Source: Desulfobacteraceae bacterium (GTDB taxonomy: Bacteria; Desulfobacterota; Desulfobacteria; Desulfobacterales; Desulfobacteraceae). Taken from it: a stretch of DNA of 64,000 nucleotides. Positions 1 to 10,024 of this stretch are shown piece by piece. The stretch lies in assembly GCA_024225635.1 (NCBI GenBank), contig JAAEMK010001003.1, forward strand, positions 3,740-67,739, written 5' to 3'. How positions within the stretch are numbered: the first letter of the stretch is position 1; each line of letters starts with the position of its first letter. The notes beneath the pieces are model-generated. The model did not search any database, was not told the DNA's origin, and was given only the letters and a program-made list of their open reading frames with translations. A program made the position numbers and the translations under genes.

Positions 1-1
1 T

Positions 2-133
2 ATCATGATCCTGAACGACCTGCCGGAACTGCCGCCCTATGAGATCGGGCTATGCACCATTGAGAAAAATCTATCACGGCCCAAGATCCGGGCCCTCTGG
101 GATCTTGCGGCCGGGGCAAAGAACCCTTCCTGA
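2..133 (+). CDS. 3' end of LysR-family regulator, IlvY-like (partial, runs off the window start)
   Basis: Frame 2 reads IMILNDLPELPPYEIGLCTIEKNLSRPKIRALWDLAAGAKNPS*, which resembles the IlvY C-terminus (PFELGVC...RL..P.I.AFW). Only 43 codons are visible. Confidence 0.5.
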   Translation: MMILNDLPELPPYEIGLCTIEKNLSRPKIRALWDLAAGAKNPS

Positions 134-162
134 GAACAGGTACCTGTTTGGGGAGATGAGTT

Positions 163-1230
163 TCAGCGGTAGAGGAGTCTTGCGCGGATCATCCGGATGC
201 TTTCCAGGATGGAGCCGGCCCTTTTTTCGCCGATGCCGTCGATCCGTTTCAGGCTTGCGGCGTTGGCGTTTCGAATCCGAGGAATGCTGGAAAATTGCCT
301 TACCACGTTCCTTGCCACGGGCATGGGGATTTTGGCAAGGCAGGTGAGCAGCCGGTATCCCCTGGGAACAAGGGTGGTTTGCTGGAGATCCGCCTCGGTC
401 GCCACCTTCCACCCCAGCATTTTTGCAATCAGGGTGAGGTCCCTGGTTTTCCGGGTTATCAGGTTCTTGATGGTGGCGGCCACCTCGGCATCCCCGGGCT
501 CCTTTTTTGAATAGTCCATGATGATGGCGGTTAGCAGGGTGCGGATTTCAAGGGACATGGTCTTGAACTGCATGGCGCTGAGCCTTCCCTCGACGCCTGC
601 CTCCACCACAAAGGGCTCGATCTCCTGGGGGATGGTGAGGATCTCCCGGGCCCGGTTGATGACGCTCACCACGTCCAGGAGCTGGACCTCGTATTCAAAC
701 TCCTCGATGTTCATGCCGTGGATCTGCCTGTCCAGGGCTTCCCTGAGCCTTGCAAGGGAGTTGAGGGTCAGGTTGAACCGGGTCATGAGCATGTTGAGGT
801 TGTGGAGCCGGTGCTTGTAGTTTTTGTAAAACACCGTGATCCCGCCTTTTTTCTGGGACACGGCAATGACCAGCCGGCCGGTCTGTTTTGCCACCCGCTC
901 GGCGGTCCTGTGGCGCATGCCGGTTTCATCGGTGGGGATGGCCGCGTCCGGGATCAGGTGAACATTGGCCGCGAATATCCGGGTGATGGCCTTGTCAACG
1001 ATGATGGCGCCGTCCATCTTGGAAAGTTCATAGAGCTTCTGGACGGAAAAGGCCGACCCGATGTAGAAGCCGCCCTGGAGCATGGCTTCCCTTGACTTGA
1101 GATCATCGAGAAAGACGACCAGGGAGCCGATGTTCGCGTTGACGATTTCATCCAGGGCCCGCCGAAGCTCGGTGCCCGGGGCGACCTTTCGTATCTTTGG
1201 AAGAAGCTCTGCAGCTATCATGACAACCAT
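163..1230 (-). CDS. disA: DNA integrity scanning protein DisA (diadenylate cyclase)
   Basis: APGTELRRALDEI start, DAC motifs ELSKMDGA and ETGMRHRTAER, linker, PRGYRLL and C-terminal HhH (IDGIGEKRA). The start could be ATG 1221. Confidence 0.92.
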   Translation of the reverse strand: MVVMIAAELLPKIRKVAPGTELRRALDEIVNANIGSLVVFLDDLKSREAMLQGGFYIGSAFSVQKLYELSKMDGAIIVDKAITRIFAANVHLIPDAAIPTDETGMRHRTAERVAKQTGRLVIAVSQKKGGITVFYKNYKHRLHNLNMLMTRFNLTLNSLARLREALDRQIHGMNIEEFEYEVQLLDVVSVINRAREILTIPQEIEPFVVEAGVEGRLSAMQFKTMSLEIRTLLTAIIMDYSKKEPGDAEVAATIKNLITRKTRDLTLIAKMLGWKVATEADLQQTTLVPRGYRLLTCLAKIPMPVARNVVRQFSSIPRIRNANAASLKRIDGIGEKRAGSILESIRMIRARLLYR

Positions 1231-1330
1231 CCATGGGTTTTATCAATCTTGTTCTTCCTTGCCTTGCCTGCTCCAAATGATGGGTTTAATCAATTTTGCC
1301 CTTCTTGGCTGCCGCATATCATGGGGGCGA

Positions 1331-2560
1331 CTAATTCTGTTCTTCCCTGCCTGCTGCAAATTGCCTGAACCGTTCGGCCTGGGTTTCGTTCCCAAGCTTT
1401 GAGTATATCTCGCTGACCCTGGTAAAGTAATAGCTCCGGTTGGCCGGATCCTGGGTGGCCAGCTCAAGGTAGATATCGAGGATCTGGTCGGTGGGCTCTC
1501 CCAGCGCCATGCAGGTCTCCGCATACCTGAGATTCAAATTGGGATCCGGTCTTGTTCCGCAGCTGGTGCACCGGTTCATCAGTTCGGTGTAGAGGTCGTT
1601 TGCCTGCTGGGGTTTATCCAGAAGTTCGCAGGTCCCGGCCAGGTGTCTCACAATGGCGACGTCCCGGTTGCCCGCTTTGATCACACTGTGGTAAAGGGCT
1701 TCCGCCTTTTCGATCTCGTTTGATTGTATCAGGGTCTCACCCCTCAGGATTTCGATCTCAGAGCTTTTGGTGATGGCATCGGGGCAGGCGTCAAGGTGTT
1801 CAAGGGCCAGATCGAATTCATCAAGGCCCCACAGGGCCTCGCATAGGATTTGCCACCCCCGGGTCGATGCGGGCAGATGGTCCAGGAATGCAAGGGCCAG
1901 CTCTTTTGCCCCCTGGGGGTCGTTCTGGTTGAGGCGGCAGGTGGCGAGTTCCAGGTGGATGAAGCTTGTTTCCGGTCCATTATCGGAAAGGGCCGTTTCA
2001 AAACAGGTCGATGCCGTGGCAAAATCCCCCTGGTTCATGGCTATGAAGCCCTTTGCAAAAGTGGAGCCGTACCCGGGATACGCTTCCAGCTCCTCCGGGG
2101 GCAGGGCGTTCAGCAGGGCCGTGAAGTATTCGCTTTCATCCATGTCAAGGTCGCTTGGATCGGCGTCTTCCGCTGTGGTGTCTATGGTTTCCCCGGGATC
2201 CACCCGGTGGGAGGCATTGACCTGGTCCGTCAGTGTCAGGATCTCAGCCTCAAGCGCCGGGTCTTCAGTCAGGGACATGGCAAGGGAGAGCCTGTCTCCA
2301 GCCTCGGCAAAGCAGCCGGCTTCCATGAGTTCCCCGGCCTTTTGGGTATGCTGGAGGGCGAGTTCGTGTTTTGACCGGGCTATTTTTTCAAGGATGCGCT
2401 CCTTGAAACCGGGGTCGTCACTGGGGGCGGTGTCGTTTTTGGCGGCGGCCTTTTCATATTCCAGTTTGGCTGGGCCGAAGGCTCTCTGGTCAAAGTGTCG
2501 GTCCCCTTTTTTTTCAATGGCTTCGGGTTTTTTGCCTGAAAATATGCTGAACAGCCCCAT
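1331..2560 (-). CDS. Tetratricopeptide-repeat protein
   Basis: 409 aa helical ORF with TPR-like repeats, an acidic linker and a CTSC motif near the C-terminus. GGGAGA RBS upstream. Confidence 0.75.
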   Translation of the reverse strand: MGLFSIFSGKKPEAIEKKGDRHFDQRAFGPAKLEYEKAAAKNDTAPSDDPGFKERILEKIARSKHELALQHTQKAGELMEAGCFAEAGDRLSLAMSLTEDPALEAEILTLTDQVNASHRVDPGETIDTTAEDADPSDLDMDESEYFTALLNALPPEELEAYPGYGSTFAKGFIAMNQGDFATASTCFETALSDNGPETSFIHLELATCRLNQNDPQGAKELALAFLDHLPASTRGWQILCEALWGLDEFDLALEHLDACPDAITKSSEIEILRGETLIQSNEIEKAEALYHSVIKAGNRDVAIVRHLAGTCELLDKPQQANDLYTELMNRCTSCGTRPDPNLNLRYAETCMALGEPTDQILDIYLELATQDPANRSYYFTRVSEIYSKLGNETQAERFRQFAAGREEQN

Positions 2561-2783
2561 GTGTATCTCCCGGTAAAGTTAATAATCGTGTTGTATTATG
2601 GATCGGTCTTTGAACAATCGGACCTGGTAAACTAGATAGCATTGATCAAGGGGAAAAGTCCATTTTTTATTGCCCCGGGCCTGGATTGATTGGTTGACAC
2701 AAAAGCGGTTTCTTTATAGGTTGGGCCCGTATCGGGCAAGGTCCCGGTACTTCACCCGGCATAACACTTTTCAGGAGATATCC

Positions 2784-5700
2784 ATGGAGACCCAGAGGAA
2801 AAACAGCGGGCAGGGGTTGCTCCCCGGCCTTTCCATTATTCATTCCAACCATTTGGAGGACTTGAGAAAGGTGGCTGTGGGCTGGATAAAGGCCCACCCC
2901 CTCCAGGTGCTCGAAACCGAGCAGTTCATTGTCCAGAGCAACGGCATGGCCCAGTGGCTCAAGCTGGCTCTTGCCGCGGACGACGGGTGCGGCATCAGCG
3001 CCGGGCTCGAGGTGCAGCTGCCCGGGCGCTACATCTGGACCGCCTACCGTTCCGTCCTGGGGGACGACACCATCCCCGTGGATTCTCCCTATGACAAAGA
3101 GCGGCTGGTGTGGCGGCTTTTCCGTCTTCTGCCGTCCCTTGCCGGGGACAGCGTTTTTCTGCCCCTCAACCGATTCCTTGAAGAGGACGATGACCTGCGC
3201 AAACGCCATCAGCTTTCCTGCCACCTGGCGGATCTTTTTGACCAGTACCAGGTCTACCGGGCCGACTGGCTAGAGGACTGGGCCGCAGGCCTGGACCAGC
3301 TCCGCAAGGGCGGGGGAGAACCGGTTGAACTGCCCCTGGAACAGAAATGGCAGGCAGAACTGTGGCGGCGGCTCAAGGCCGATGTCCCGGACGTGTTTCG
3401 CCGGATCGGCCGGGCGGACCTGCACCAGCGTTTCCTCCAGGCGGCAAAAGAGCTCCGGGGCGTGCGGCCCGCGGCCTTGCCCCCAAGGGTCATCGTGTTC
3501 GGCATATCATCGTTGCCCAAGCAGGTGCTGGAGGCCCTGCAGGCGGTTTCCAGCCTGTGCCAGGTGCTTTTGTTCGTGCACAATCCCTGCCGCCACTTCT
3601 GGGCCGACATCATCGAAGACCGGGAACTCCTGCGCATCGAGCATGCCCGGCACAAGGCAAAGTCCTCCATGCCGGAGCCCCTTGATCCCGAGCTTCTCCA
3701 CCAGCACGCAAACCCCCTTCTCGCGGCATGGGGCAAGCAGGGCAGGGACTACATCGGGCTGCTCTACGGCTATGACCAGCCGGATGACTATGAAAAGGAT
3801 TTTGCCGAAATCGATCTGTTTGACGATTTCATACCGCCGGAAACCGGGGGCACACTGCTCCAGCAGGTTCAGCAGGCGATCCTCGACCTTGATCCCCTTC
3901 CAATTGACAGGGACGCGAGGCAATGGGTGGATGTTGACGATCGGTCCATCTGCTTTCAGATCGCCCACAGCCGCCAGCGGGAGGTGGAGGTCCTCCAGGA
4001 CCAGCTCCTCCATTGTTTTGAGACCATTGAAGACCTGAATCCCAGGGATGTCATCGTGATGACACCGGACATCGAGGCCTATGCCCCCCACATCGAGGCC
4101 GTGTTCGGCAATTTGCCTCCCGGGGATCCGAGGTTTATTCCCTTTACCATTGCGGATAAGCCCAACAGGGAGAGCGTGCCCATGCTCAAGGCCCTTGAGA
4201 AGCTTTTGCACCTTCCCGACTCCCGCATGGCCGTCAGCGACCTCATGGATCTCCTGGAGGTGCCGGCCTTCAGGGAACGGTTCGGCATGGGAGAGGCGGA
4301 CCTGCCAAAGCTCCGCCAGTGGATCGAGGGGGCGGGCATCTCCTGGGGGCTGAACCCTGACCAGCGCACAACTTTCGGGCTGCCCCCGGGCCTTGGCCAG
4401 AACACCTGGGATTTCGGTTTGAAAAGAATGCTCCTTGGCTATGCCGTGGGCGGGGGGGAGGAGTGGAACGGCATCGAACCCTATGACGAGGTGGGGGGGC
4501 TTGAAGCCGCTTTGGTGGGTCCCCTTGGAGCCGTGCTGGACGGGATGGAGACCCTTTGGAAGGCGTTGAGCCGGCCCGGCACTCCCGGCCAATGGTGTGA
4601 GCGCATCCGGAACCTTGCAAGTGATTGCTTTCTGCCCATGGGAAACCAGGACCGCCTGACCATCAACCGGTTGGAACAGGTGCTGGACGACTGGCTCGAA
4701 GCCTGTAACGAGGCCGAGCTCGAAGAGGAGCTGACCCTGGCCGTGGTGCGGGAATTTTTCCTTGGAATGATGGTCGAGTCCAGCATTTCCCAACGCTTCC
4801 TTGCCGGCATGGTCAACTTCGGCACCCTCATGCCCATGCGCGCCATCCCCTTCAAGGTGGTGTGCATTCTGGGAATTAGCGACGGGGAGTTCCCACGGAG
4901 CCATCCCCCCCTTGATTTCGACCTCATGGCAGGCAAAGGGCTCTACCGGCCCGGGGACCGTTCCCGCAGGGAGGATGACCGCTATCTCTTCCTCGAAGCC
5001 CTGTTGTCGGCCCGGGAAAAGTTCTACCTGAGTTATGTGGGCAGGGATGTCCGGGACAACAGTGAGCGCATGCCGTCGGTGCTTGTGGGCCAGCTCAGGG
5101 ATTATCTCAACGCCGGCTGGCAGCTGGAAGGCCCGGAGGATGAGAACGACAACAGTCCCTTACTCGATAACCTCACCTGCATTCATCCTTTGCAGCCCTT
5201 TGGCAACGCCTATTTCATCAAGGATCGTCCGGAGCTGTTCACCTACGCCCATGAGTGGCGAAGTTCCCTTGACGTCGAGGCGACCGGGACGGCTGACGAG
5301 CCCCTGGAGCCGCCCAGGTTTGAAGGCGCGCTTCAGCTCAATTCCCTGATCCGCTTTTTAAAGAATCCCGTGCAGTACTTTTTCAACCAGCGTCTGGCTG
5401 TCCGGTTTGACGAGGTTTCCGTGGTGAGTCAGGACCAGGAGCCCTTTGCCCTGGATTTCCTCGCCCCCTTCGGCCTTGGAAGCCGGCTCCTGGAGGCAGG
5501 GCTTTCAGCGGAACCGGAAGCGGTGGAGACCGCCGTCGCAAAGGAAGCCGAGCGCCTCACCCGCACAGGGGAGCTGCCCATGGCGGGATTTGGCAAGCTT
5601 GCCGCAAAAGAACTTAAACAACCCATTGTCTCCATGGTCAACCATCACCATGGGCTGTGTTCCCAATGGCCCCTGAAACACGATCCCATGGAGATCTCCA

Positions 5701-6332
5701 TTGCCCTTGATCCGGATCTACCCCAGGCCGCCACCCTGGATTTATCCCTGGCCTCCACCCTGGACGACTGGCTGGACCGGCTCCATGAAACCAACGTCCA
5801 GGACGCCGGGAGTGGCCCGGACGCTCCGGCCCGGTACGGGCGGTGGGAATTTTATCCAAGGCCCATCATGGACAAGGGGGGAAAGCTGTTCCGGATCTAC
5901 AGCCTGGTTCCCCTCTGGGTCAGGCACCTTGCAGGCTGCGCCCAGGGGATTGACCTTGCAAGCCACCTGGTGGCCCCGGACGGTGTCGCAACCCTTCCCC
6001 CCCTGGAGAGAACAAGGGCCAGGCGGATTCTCATGACCATCATCGCCCTTTGGGAAGAGGGGCTCAACCACCCCTTGCCCGTGACCGCCAAAACCGGGAT
6101 CACCTATGTGGATTTCCTGAAGGCCAAGGGTGGGGACAAGGCAAAGGCCGAAGCGTTAAAGGCCTATGAGGGGGACGGCTTCCGGTCCCATGGAGAGCTT
6201 GGATATGATCTATACCTCCAACGGGCGTATCCGGAATTTGACGCCCTTTGGCAGGCACGGGATAACCTATTTATAACCCTTTGTGAAAATTTGTATGAAC
6301 CCCTGGTAAATGTCCTGAGAGAGGAGGTGTAA
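2784..6332 (+). CDS. recC: Exodeoxyribonuclease V gamma subunit RecC
   Basis: HSNHLEDL, VQSNGMAQWLK, ADLFDQYQVYR, NPCRHFWADI, HSRQREVEVL, FGTLMPMRAIPF, EDDRYLFLEALLSARE. ATG 2784 follows AGGAGA (the ORF track starts at 2670). Confidence 0.95.
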   Translation: METQRKNSGQGLLPGLSIIHSNHLEDLRKVAVGWIKAHPLQVLETEQFIVQSNGMAQWLKLALAADDGCGISAGLEVQLPGRYIWTAYRSVLGDDTIPVDSPYDKERLVWRLFRLLPSLAGDSVFLPLNRFLEEDDDLRKRHQLSCHLADLFDQYQVYRADWLEDWAAGLDQLRKGGGEPVELPLEQKWQAELWRRLKADVPDVFRRIGRADLHQRFLQAAKELRGVRPAALPPRVIVFGISSLPKQVLEALQAVSSLCQVLLFVHNPCRHFWADIIEDRELLRIEHARHKAKSSMPEPLDPELLHQHANPLLAAWGKQGRDYIGLLYGYDQPDDYEKDFAEIDLFDDFIPPETGGTLLQQVQQAILDLDPLPIDRDARQWVDVDDRSICFQIAHSRQREVEVLQDQLLHCFETIEDLNPRDVIVMTPDIEAYAPHIEAVFGNLPPGDPRFIPFTIADKPNRESVPMLKALEKLLHLPDSRMAVSDLMDLLEVPAFRERFGMGEADLPKLRQWIEGAGISWGLNPDQRTTFGLPPGLGQNTWDFGLKRMLLGYAVGGGEEWNGIEPYDEVGGLEAALVGPLGAVLDGMETLWKALSRPGTPGQWCERIRNLASDCFLPMGNQDRLTINRLEQVLDDWLEACNEAELEEELTLAVVREFFLGMMVESSISQRFLAGMVNFGTLMPMRAIPFKVVCILGISDGEFPRSHPPLDFDLMAGKGLYRPGDRSRREDDRYLFLEALLSAREKFYLSYVGRDVRDNSERMPSVLVGQLRDYLNAGWQLEGPEDENDNSPLLDNLTCIHPLQPFGNAYFIKDRPELFTYAHEWRSSLDVEATGTADEPLEPPRFEGALQLNSLIRFLKNPVQYFFNQRLAVRFDEVSVVSQDQEPFALDFLAPFGLGSRLLEAGLSAEPEAVETAVAKEAERLTRTGELPMAGFGKLAAKELKQPIVSMVNHHHGLCSQWPLKHDPMEISIALDPDLPQAATLDLSLASTLDDWLDRLHETNVQDAGSGPDAPARYGRWEFYPRPIMDKGGKLFRIYSLVPLWVRHLAGCAQGIDLASHLVAPDGVATLPPLERTRARRILMTIIALWEEGLNHPLPVTAKTGITYVDFLKAKGGDKAKAEALKAYEGDGFRSHGELGYDLYLQRAYPEFDALWQARDNLFITLCENLYEPLVNVLREEV

Positions 6333-6334
6333 CC

Positions 6335-9300
6335 ATGGCTGAAACACTGAATTCCCTGACCTTCCCCCTCCACGGCACCCGGCTCATCGAGGCCAGCGCA
6401 GGAACGGGCAAGACCTACACCATTGCGGCCCTTTACCTGCGCCTTGTCCTGGGCCATGGCGGCGAAAACGGTTTTTCAAGGCCGTTGACCCCGCCGGAGA
6501 TCCTGGTGGTAACCTTTACCAATGCGGCCACCGAAGAGCTCCGGGAGCGCATCCGAAGCCGTCTCACCGAGGCGGCGGCCTTTTTCCGGGGCATTGGGGA
6601 GGGGGACGATTTCCTGCAAGGGCTCAGGGCAGAGTATGATGCCGACCTCCGTCCCGCCAAGGCAATGCTCCTTGACCAGGCGGCCCAGTGGATGGATGAA
6701 TCCGCCATCCACACCATCCATGCCTGGTGCCAGCGCATGCTTCGCCAGCACGCCTTTGACAGCCTCTCCCTCTTTGATCTCGAGCTTGCCCCCAGTGACC
6801 AGGATCTCCTGGAGGAGGCGGCCTGCGACTTCTGGCGGGCCGGATTCTATCCCCAGACCGTGGAGGTGCTGGCGGAATTCAAGGATGCCGCCGGCATCAC
6901 CACCCCCCAGGAGCTGCTGAAGCAGGCCATGCCGCTTGTCAATGCCGGGAAAAAGAATGGCGCCAATCCCTTTGAAATGCTTGAAGAGCGCAGGCAGGCC
7001 GTTGAAGCTGCCCGCAGGGAGTGGGCGCTGGATTTTCAACAGGCCGTGGACCTGGTTGTCCAGGCCCAGGCGGACAAGAGCCTGAACAACAACAAATACC
7101 GGAAACCGTTCATGAAAAAGGCGATTTCCCAGCTGGACCTCTGGGTCAACGGTTCCGGGCCTTTGCCGGAAACCCAGGTGCTGGAGAAATTTTCAACCAC
7201 GGGCCTTGCCGCCGGGGTGTCAAAGAAAAAGAATCCGCCGGTTCATTCCGCCTATGACGCCTTTGACCGATTGAACGATTTCCTGGAATCCATTGATGTG
7301 AAGGAGGCCCTTGTGTCCCATGCCGCGGCGGAGATCAACCGCCGGGTGATCGCGGCAAAGGCCCGGCTTTCCCGGATGGGGTTCAACGATCTTTTGACCC
7401 GCCTGGGGGAAGCCCTGTCCCGGCCCGAGAGCAGCCGCCTTGCCGAAGTGATCCGGCAGCAGTTTCCCGTGGCCATGATCGACGAGTTCCAGGACACCGA
7501 TCCAGTGCAGTATTCTTCCTTCAGCACCATCTACCTGGACCGGGAGGATGCGGGCCTGTTCATGATCGGGGATCCCAAGCAGGCGATCTACGCCTTCCGG
7601 GGGGCCGACATCCACACCTATCTCGGGGCCAAGAACGATACCAGTGAACGCCATTACACCCTGGAGAAGAATTACCGTTCCACCCAGGGCATGGTGGACG
7701 CCGTGAACCGGATGTTTGGCCGGGCCGGGGGTTTTGACCACGGTGCTTTTCTGTTCAAGGACGATATCCCCTTTGACGAGGTCAAGGCCCAGGGAAGATC
7801 CGAGGGGTTCATGGTGGAAGGCAAAGAGGCCTGTCCCGTTACCCTGTGGCGGATGGACCAGGATGAACCCGTTGTCAAGACCGGACCCGACGGCTATCTT
7901 GCCCGGATGGCGGAGACCGGGGCTTCCGAGATCGTCCGGCTCCTGAACCTTGGGCGAAAGATGCCCTGCCGGGCCGGGTTCCGGGAGGAGGGCGGAGAAC
8001 TCGTTCCCCTCAGGCCGTCGGACATTGCCGTGCTTGTACGGGACGGCATGGAGGCCAGGGCCATCCGGAACGCCCTTGAAAAGAGGCGGGTGAGGTCGGT
8101 CTATCTTTCGGACCGGGAGTCGGTGTTTGACAGCCCGGAGGCCCTTTCATTGCTCTATCTCCTCCGGGCCTGTTCCGATCCCGCAAACGACCAGGTGCTG
8201 CGAACGGCCCTGGCAACCCAGGTGCTGGACCTTTCAAATACGGACCTGGACCGGTTGAACAGTAATGAGCTTGCCTGGGAGGAGGAACTGGAGCGGTTTA
8301 AAAATTTCAGGAATACATGGCGCAGCCAGGGGGTGCTTCCCATGCTGCGCACCCTGCTTGCCGAGTTCGATGTGGGGGCCCGGCTTTTGGCAAAGCCCTT
8401 TGGCGAGCGCCGGCTGACCAACCTTCTCCACCTTGCGGAAATGATCCAGGCGGCCGCGGCAACCCTTGACGGAGAGCAGGGGGTGATCCGGTGGCTGGCA
8501 GGCCGGATCGAGGATTCCGGGAACGGTGAAGACGAAGCGATCCTTCGCCTTGAAAGTGACCAGGAGCTGGTAAGGGTGGTTACCATCCACAAATCAAAGG
8601 GCCTGGAGTATCCCCTGGTGTTCCTGCCCTTTATTTGCAGTTTCCGCAAACTCACCTCCCGCAACTCTCCCATGGTCAAGTTCCATGACGGCAAGGGAGA
8701 GGTTCAAATGGTTGTGAACCCGGGGCAGGAGGATCTTGAACAGGCCGACCGGGAGCGCCTGGCAGAGGACCTCAGGATGCTCTATGTTGCTCTCACCCGG
8801 CCCAGGTACGCCTGCTGGCTCGGCATCGGGGTGATGGGCAGGACGACCAAAAAATCCGGGGAGACCACCGACCTTCACCAGTCGGGCCTTGGCTACCTGC
8901 TTGCAGGGGATGAGATGATTCCCACGGCCGGGCTCTCCTCGATCCTGAACGATTTCAGGGGCGATTGTGATGCCATCACCATCAAACCCCTTCCGGAACC
9001 GTCCACCGATGGCGTTGTTTCGGGACCGGAAACGCCGACCCTCGCCCAGGCCCGGGCTTTTACCGGCCATGTCCCCCGCAACTGGCGGATCACAAGTTAT
9101 TCCGGCATTCTCACCGGCGCCGCCATGCCCGAACATGGGGCAGGCGTCGCCACCCTTCCGGACGGGGTGGTGGACTCCCCGGACAGCGCGTCCCAGGACC
9201 AGCTGCAGGAGGAGGAAACCCAGGAGAGCGCGGCGCCCGAGGTGAAGATCAATGCCCGCTCCATCCACACCTTTGCAAGGGGGCCCGAGCCCGGCACCTT

Positions 9301-10024
9301 TCTCCACGATATCCTGGAACGGGCGGCGGACCATGGATTCGACCGGGTTGCCGGGGACCGTGACACCACATTCAAGCAGGTCTCCCAGCTTTGTCAGCGC
9401 CGGGGATGGGAGGAGTGGGCCGAGGTGTTGACCGGCTGGCTCATGGAGCTTGTCCGGGTTGAACTGATCCTGCCCGGACCCGGGGGGATATCCATGCAAA
9501 CCATGAAACTGTCGGACCTTGGCCCGGACCTGTGCCGGGCCGAGTTGGAGTTCATGTTCGCGGTCCATGGGGTGGATATTCCTAAGCTGGATCGCCTGGT
9601 CGGGGAATCGGTGCTGCCGGGCCATGTCCGGCCGGTGTTGAGGGAAGACCGGGTGAACGGCATGCTCAAGGGATTCATCGACCTTGTCTTCTGTTTTGAA
9701 GGGCGCTATTTTGTCCTTGATTACAAGTCCAACCACCTGGGGGATACGGAAGCCGCCTACGGAAAAGAGGCCATGGCCGACGCCATGCTGGAGCACCGGT
9801 ACGATCTTCAATATGTGCTTTACACCCTGGCGTTGCACCGCCTGCTCAAGGCAAGGCTCGGAGACTATGACTACGACCGTGATGTGGGCGGGGCGGTCTA
9901 TCTGTTCCTGAGGGGCGTCAACGCTTCGGGCCGGGGCGTCTATGTGGACAAACCCCCGAAAGAACTGATCAATGCCCTGGATCACCTGTTTCAACAAGGA
10001 GATAACCATGATGACCACCGCTGA
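6335..10024 (+). CDS. recB: Exodeoxyribonuclease V beta subunit RecB (helicase/nuclease)
   Basis: LIEASAGTGKT, VTFTNAAT, IDEFQDTD, IGDPKQAIYAFRGAD, TIHKSKGLEY, YVALTR, nuclease GFIDLVF...LDYKSN. Confidence 0.96.
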   Translation: MAETLNSLTFPLHGTRLIEASAGTGKTYTIAALYLRLVLGHGGENGFSRPLTPPEILVVTFTNAATEELRERIRSRLTEAAAFFRGIGEGDDFLQGLRAEYDADLRPAKAMLLDQAAQWMDESAIHTIHAWCQRMLRQHAFDSLSLFDLELAPSDQDLLEEAACDFWRAGFYPQTVEVLAEFKDAAGITTPQELLKQAMPLVNAGKKNGANPFEMLEERRQAVEAARREWALDFQQAVDLVVQAQADKSLNNNKYRKPFMKKAISQLDLWVNGSGPLPETQVLEKFSTTGLAAGVSKKKNPPVHSAYDAFDRLNDFLESIDVKEALVSHAAAEINRRVIAAKARLSRMGFNDLLTRLGEALSRPESSRLAEVIRQQFPVAMIDEFQDTDPVQYSSFSTIYLDREDAGLFMIGDPKQAIYAFRGADIHTYLGAKNDTSERHYTLEKNYRSTQGMVDAVNRMFGRAGGFDHGAFLFKDDIPFDEVKAQGRSEGFMVEGKEACPVTLWRMDQDEPVVKTGPDGYLARMAETGASEIVRLLNLGRKMPCRAGFREEGGELVPLRPSDIAVLVRDGMEARAIRNALEKRRVRSVYLSDRESVFDSPEALSLLYLLRACSDPANDQVLRTALATQVLDLSNTDLDRLNSNELAWEEELERFKNFRNTWRSQGVLPMLRTLLAEFDVGARLLAKPFGERRLTNLLHLAEMIQAAAATLDGEQGVIRWLAGRIEDSGNGEDEAILRLESDQELVRVVTIHKSKGLEYPLVFLPFICSFRKLTSRNSPMVKFHDGKGEVQMVVNPGQEDLEQADRERLAEDLRMLYVALTRPRYACWLGIGVMGRTTKKSGETTDLHQSGLGYLLAGDEMIPTAGLSSILNDFRGDCDAITIKPLPEPSTDGVVSGPETPTLAQARAFTGHVPRNWRITSYSGILTGAAMPEHGAGVATLPDGVVDSPDSASQDQLQEEETQESAAPEVKINARSIHTFARGPEPGTFLHDILERAADHGFDRVAGDRDTTFKQVSQLCQRRGWEEWAEVLTGWLMELVRVELILPGPGGISMQTMKLSDLGPDLCRAELEFMFAVHGVDIPKLDRLVGESVLPGHVRPVLREDRVNGMLKGFIDLVFCFEGRYFVLDYKSNHLGDTEAAYGKEAMADAMLEHRYDLQYVLYTLALHRLLKARLGDYDYDRDVGGAVYLFLRGVNASGRGVYVDKPPKELINALDHLFQQGDNHDDHR

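Noticed and set aside
2670..2783. N-terminal extension of RecC given by the ORF track
   Set aside because: The TTG start lacks an RBS, whereas ATG 2784 has AGGAGA and sits close to where RecC similarity begins.
3507..10018. Long antisense ORFs within recC/recB (e.g. 3507-4904, 8594-10018) and similar ones opposite ppdK, the ABC-F gene and pilB
   Set aside because: Shadow ORFs expected from GC-rich codon bias opposite well-supported genes; no recognisable motifs.
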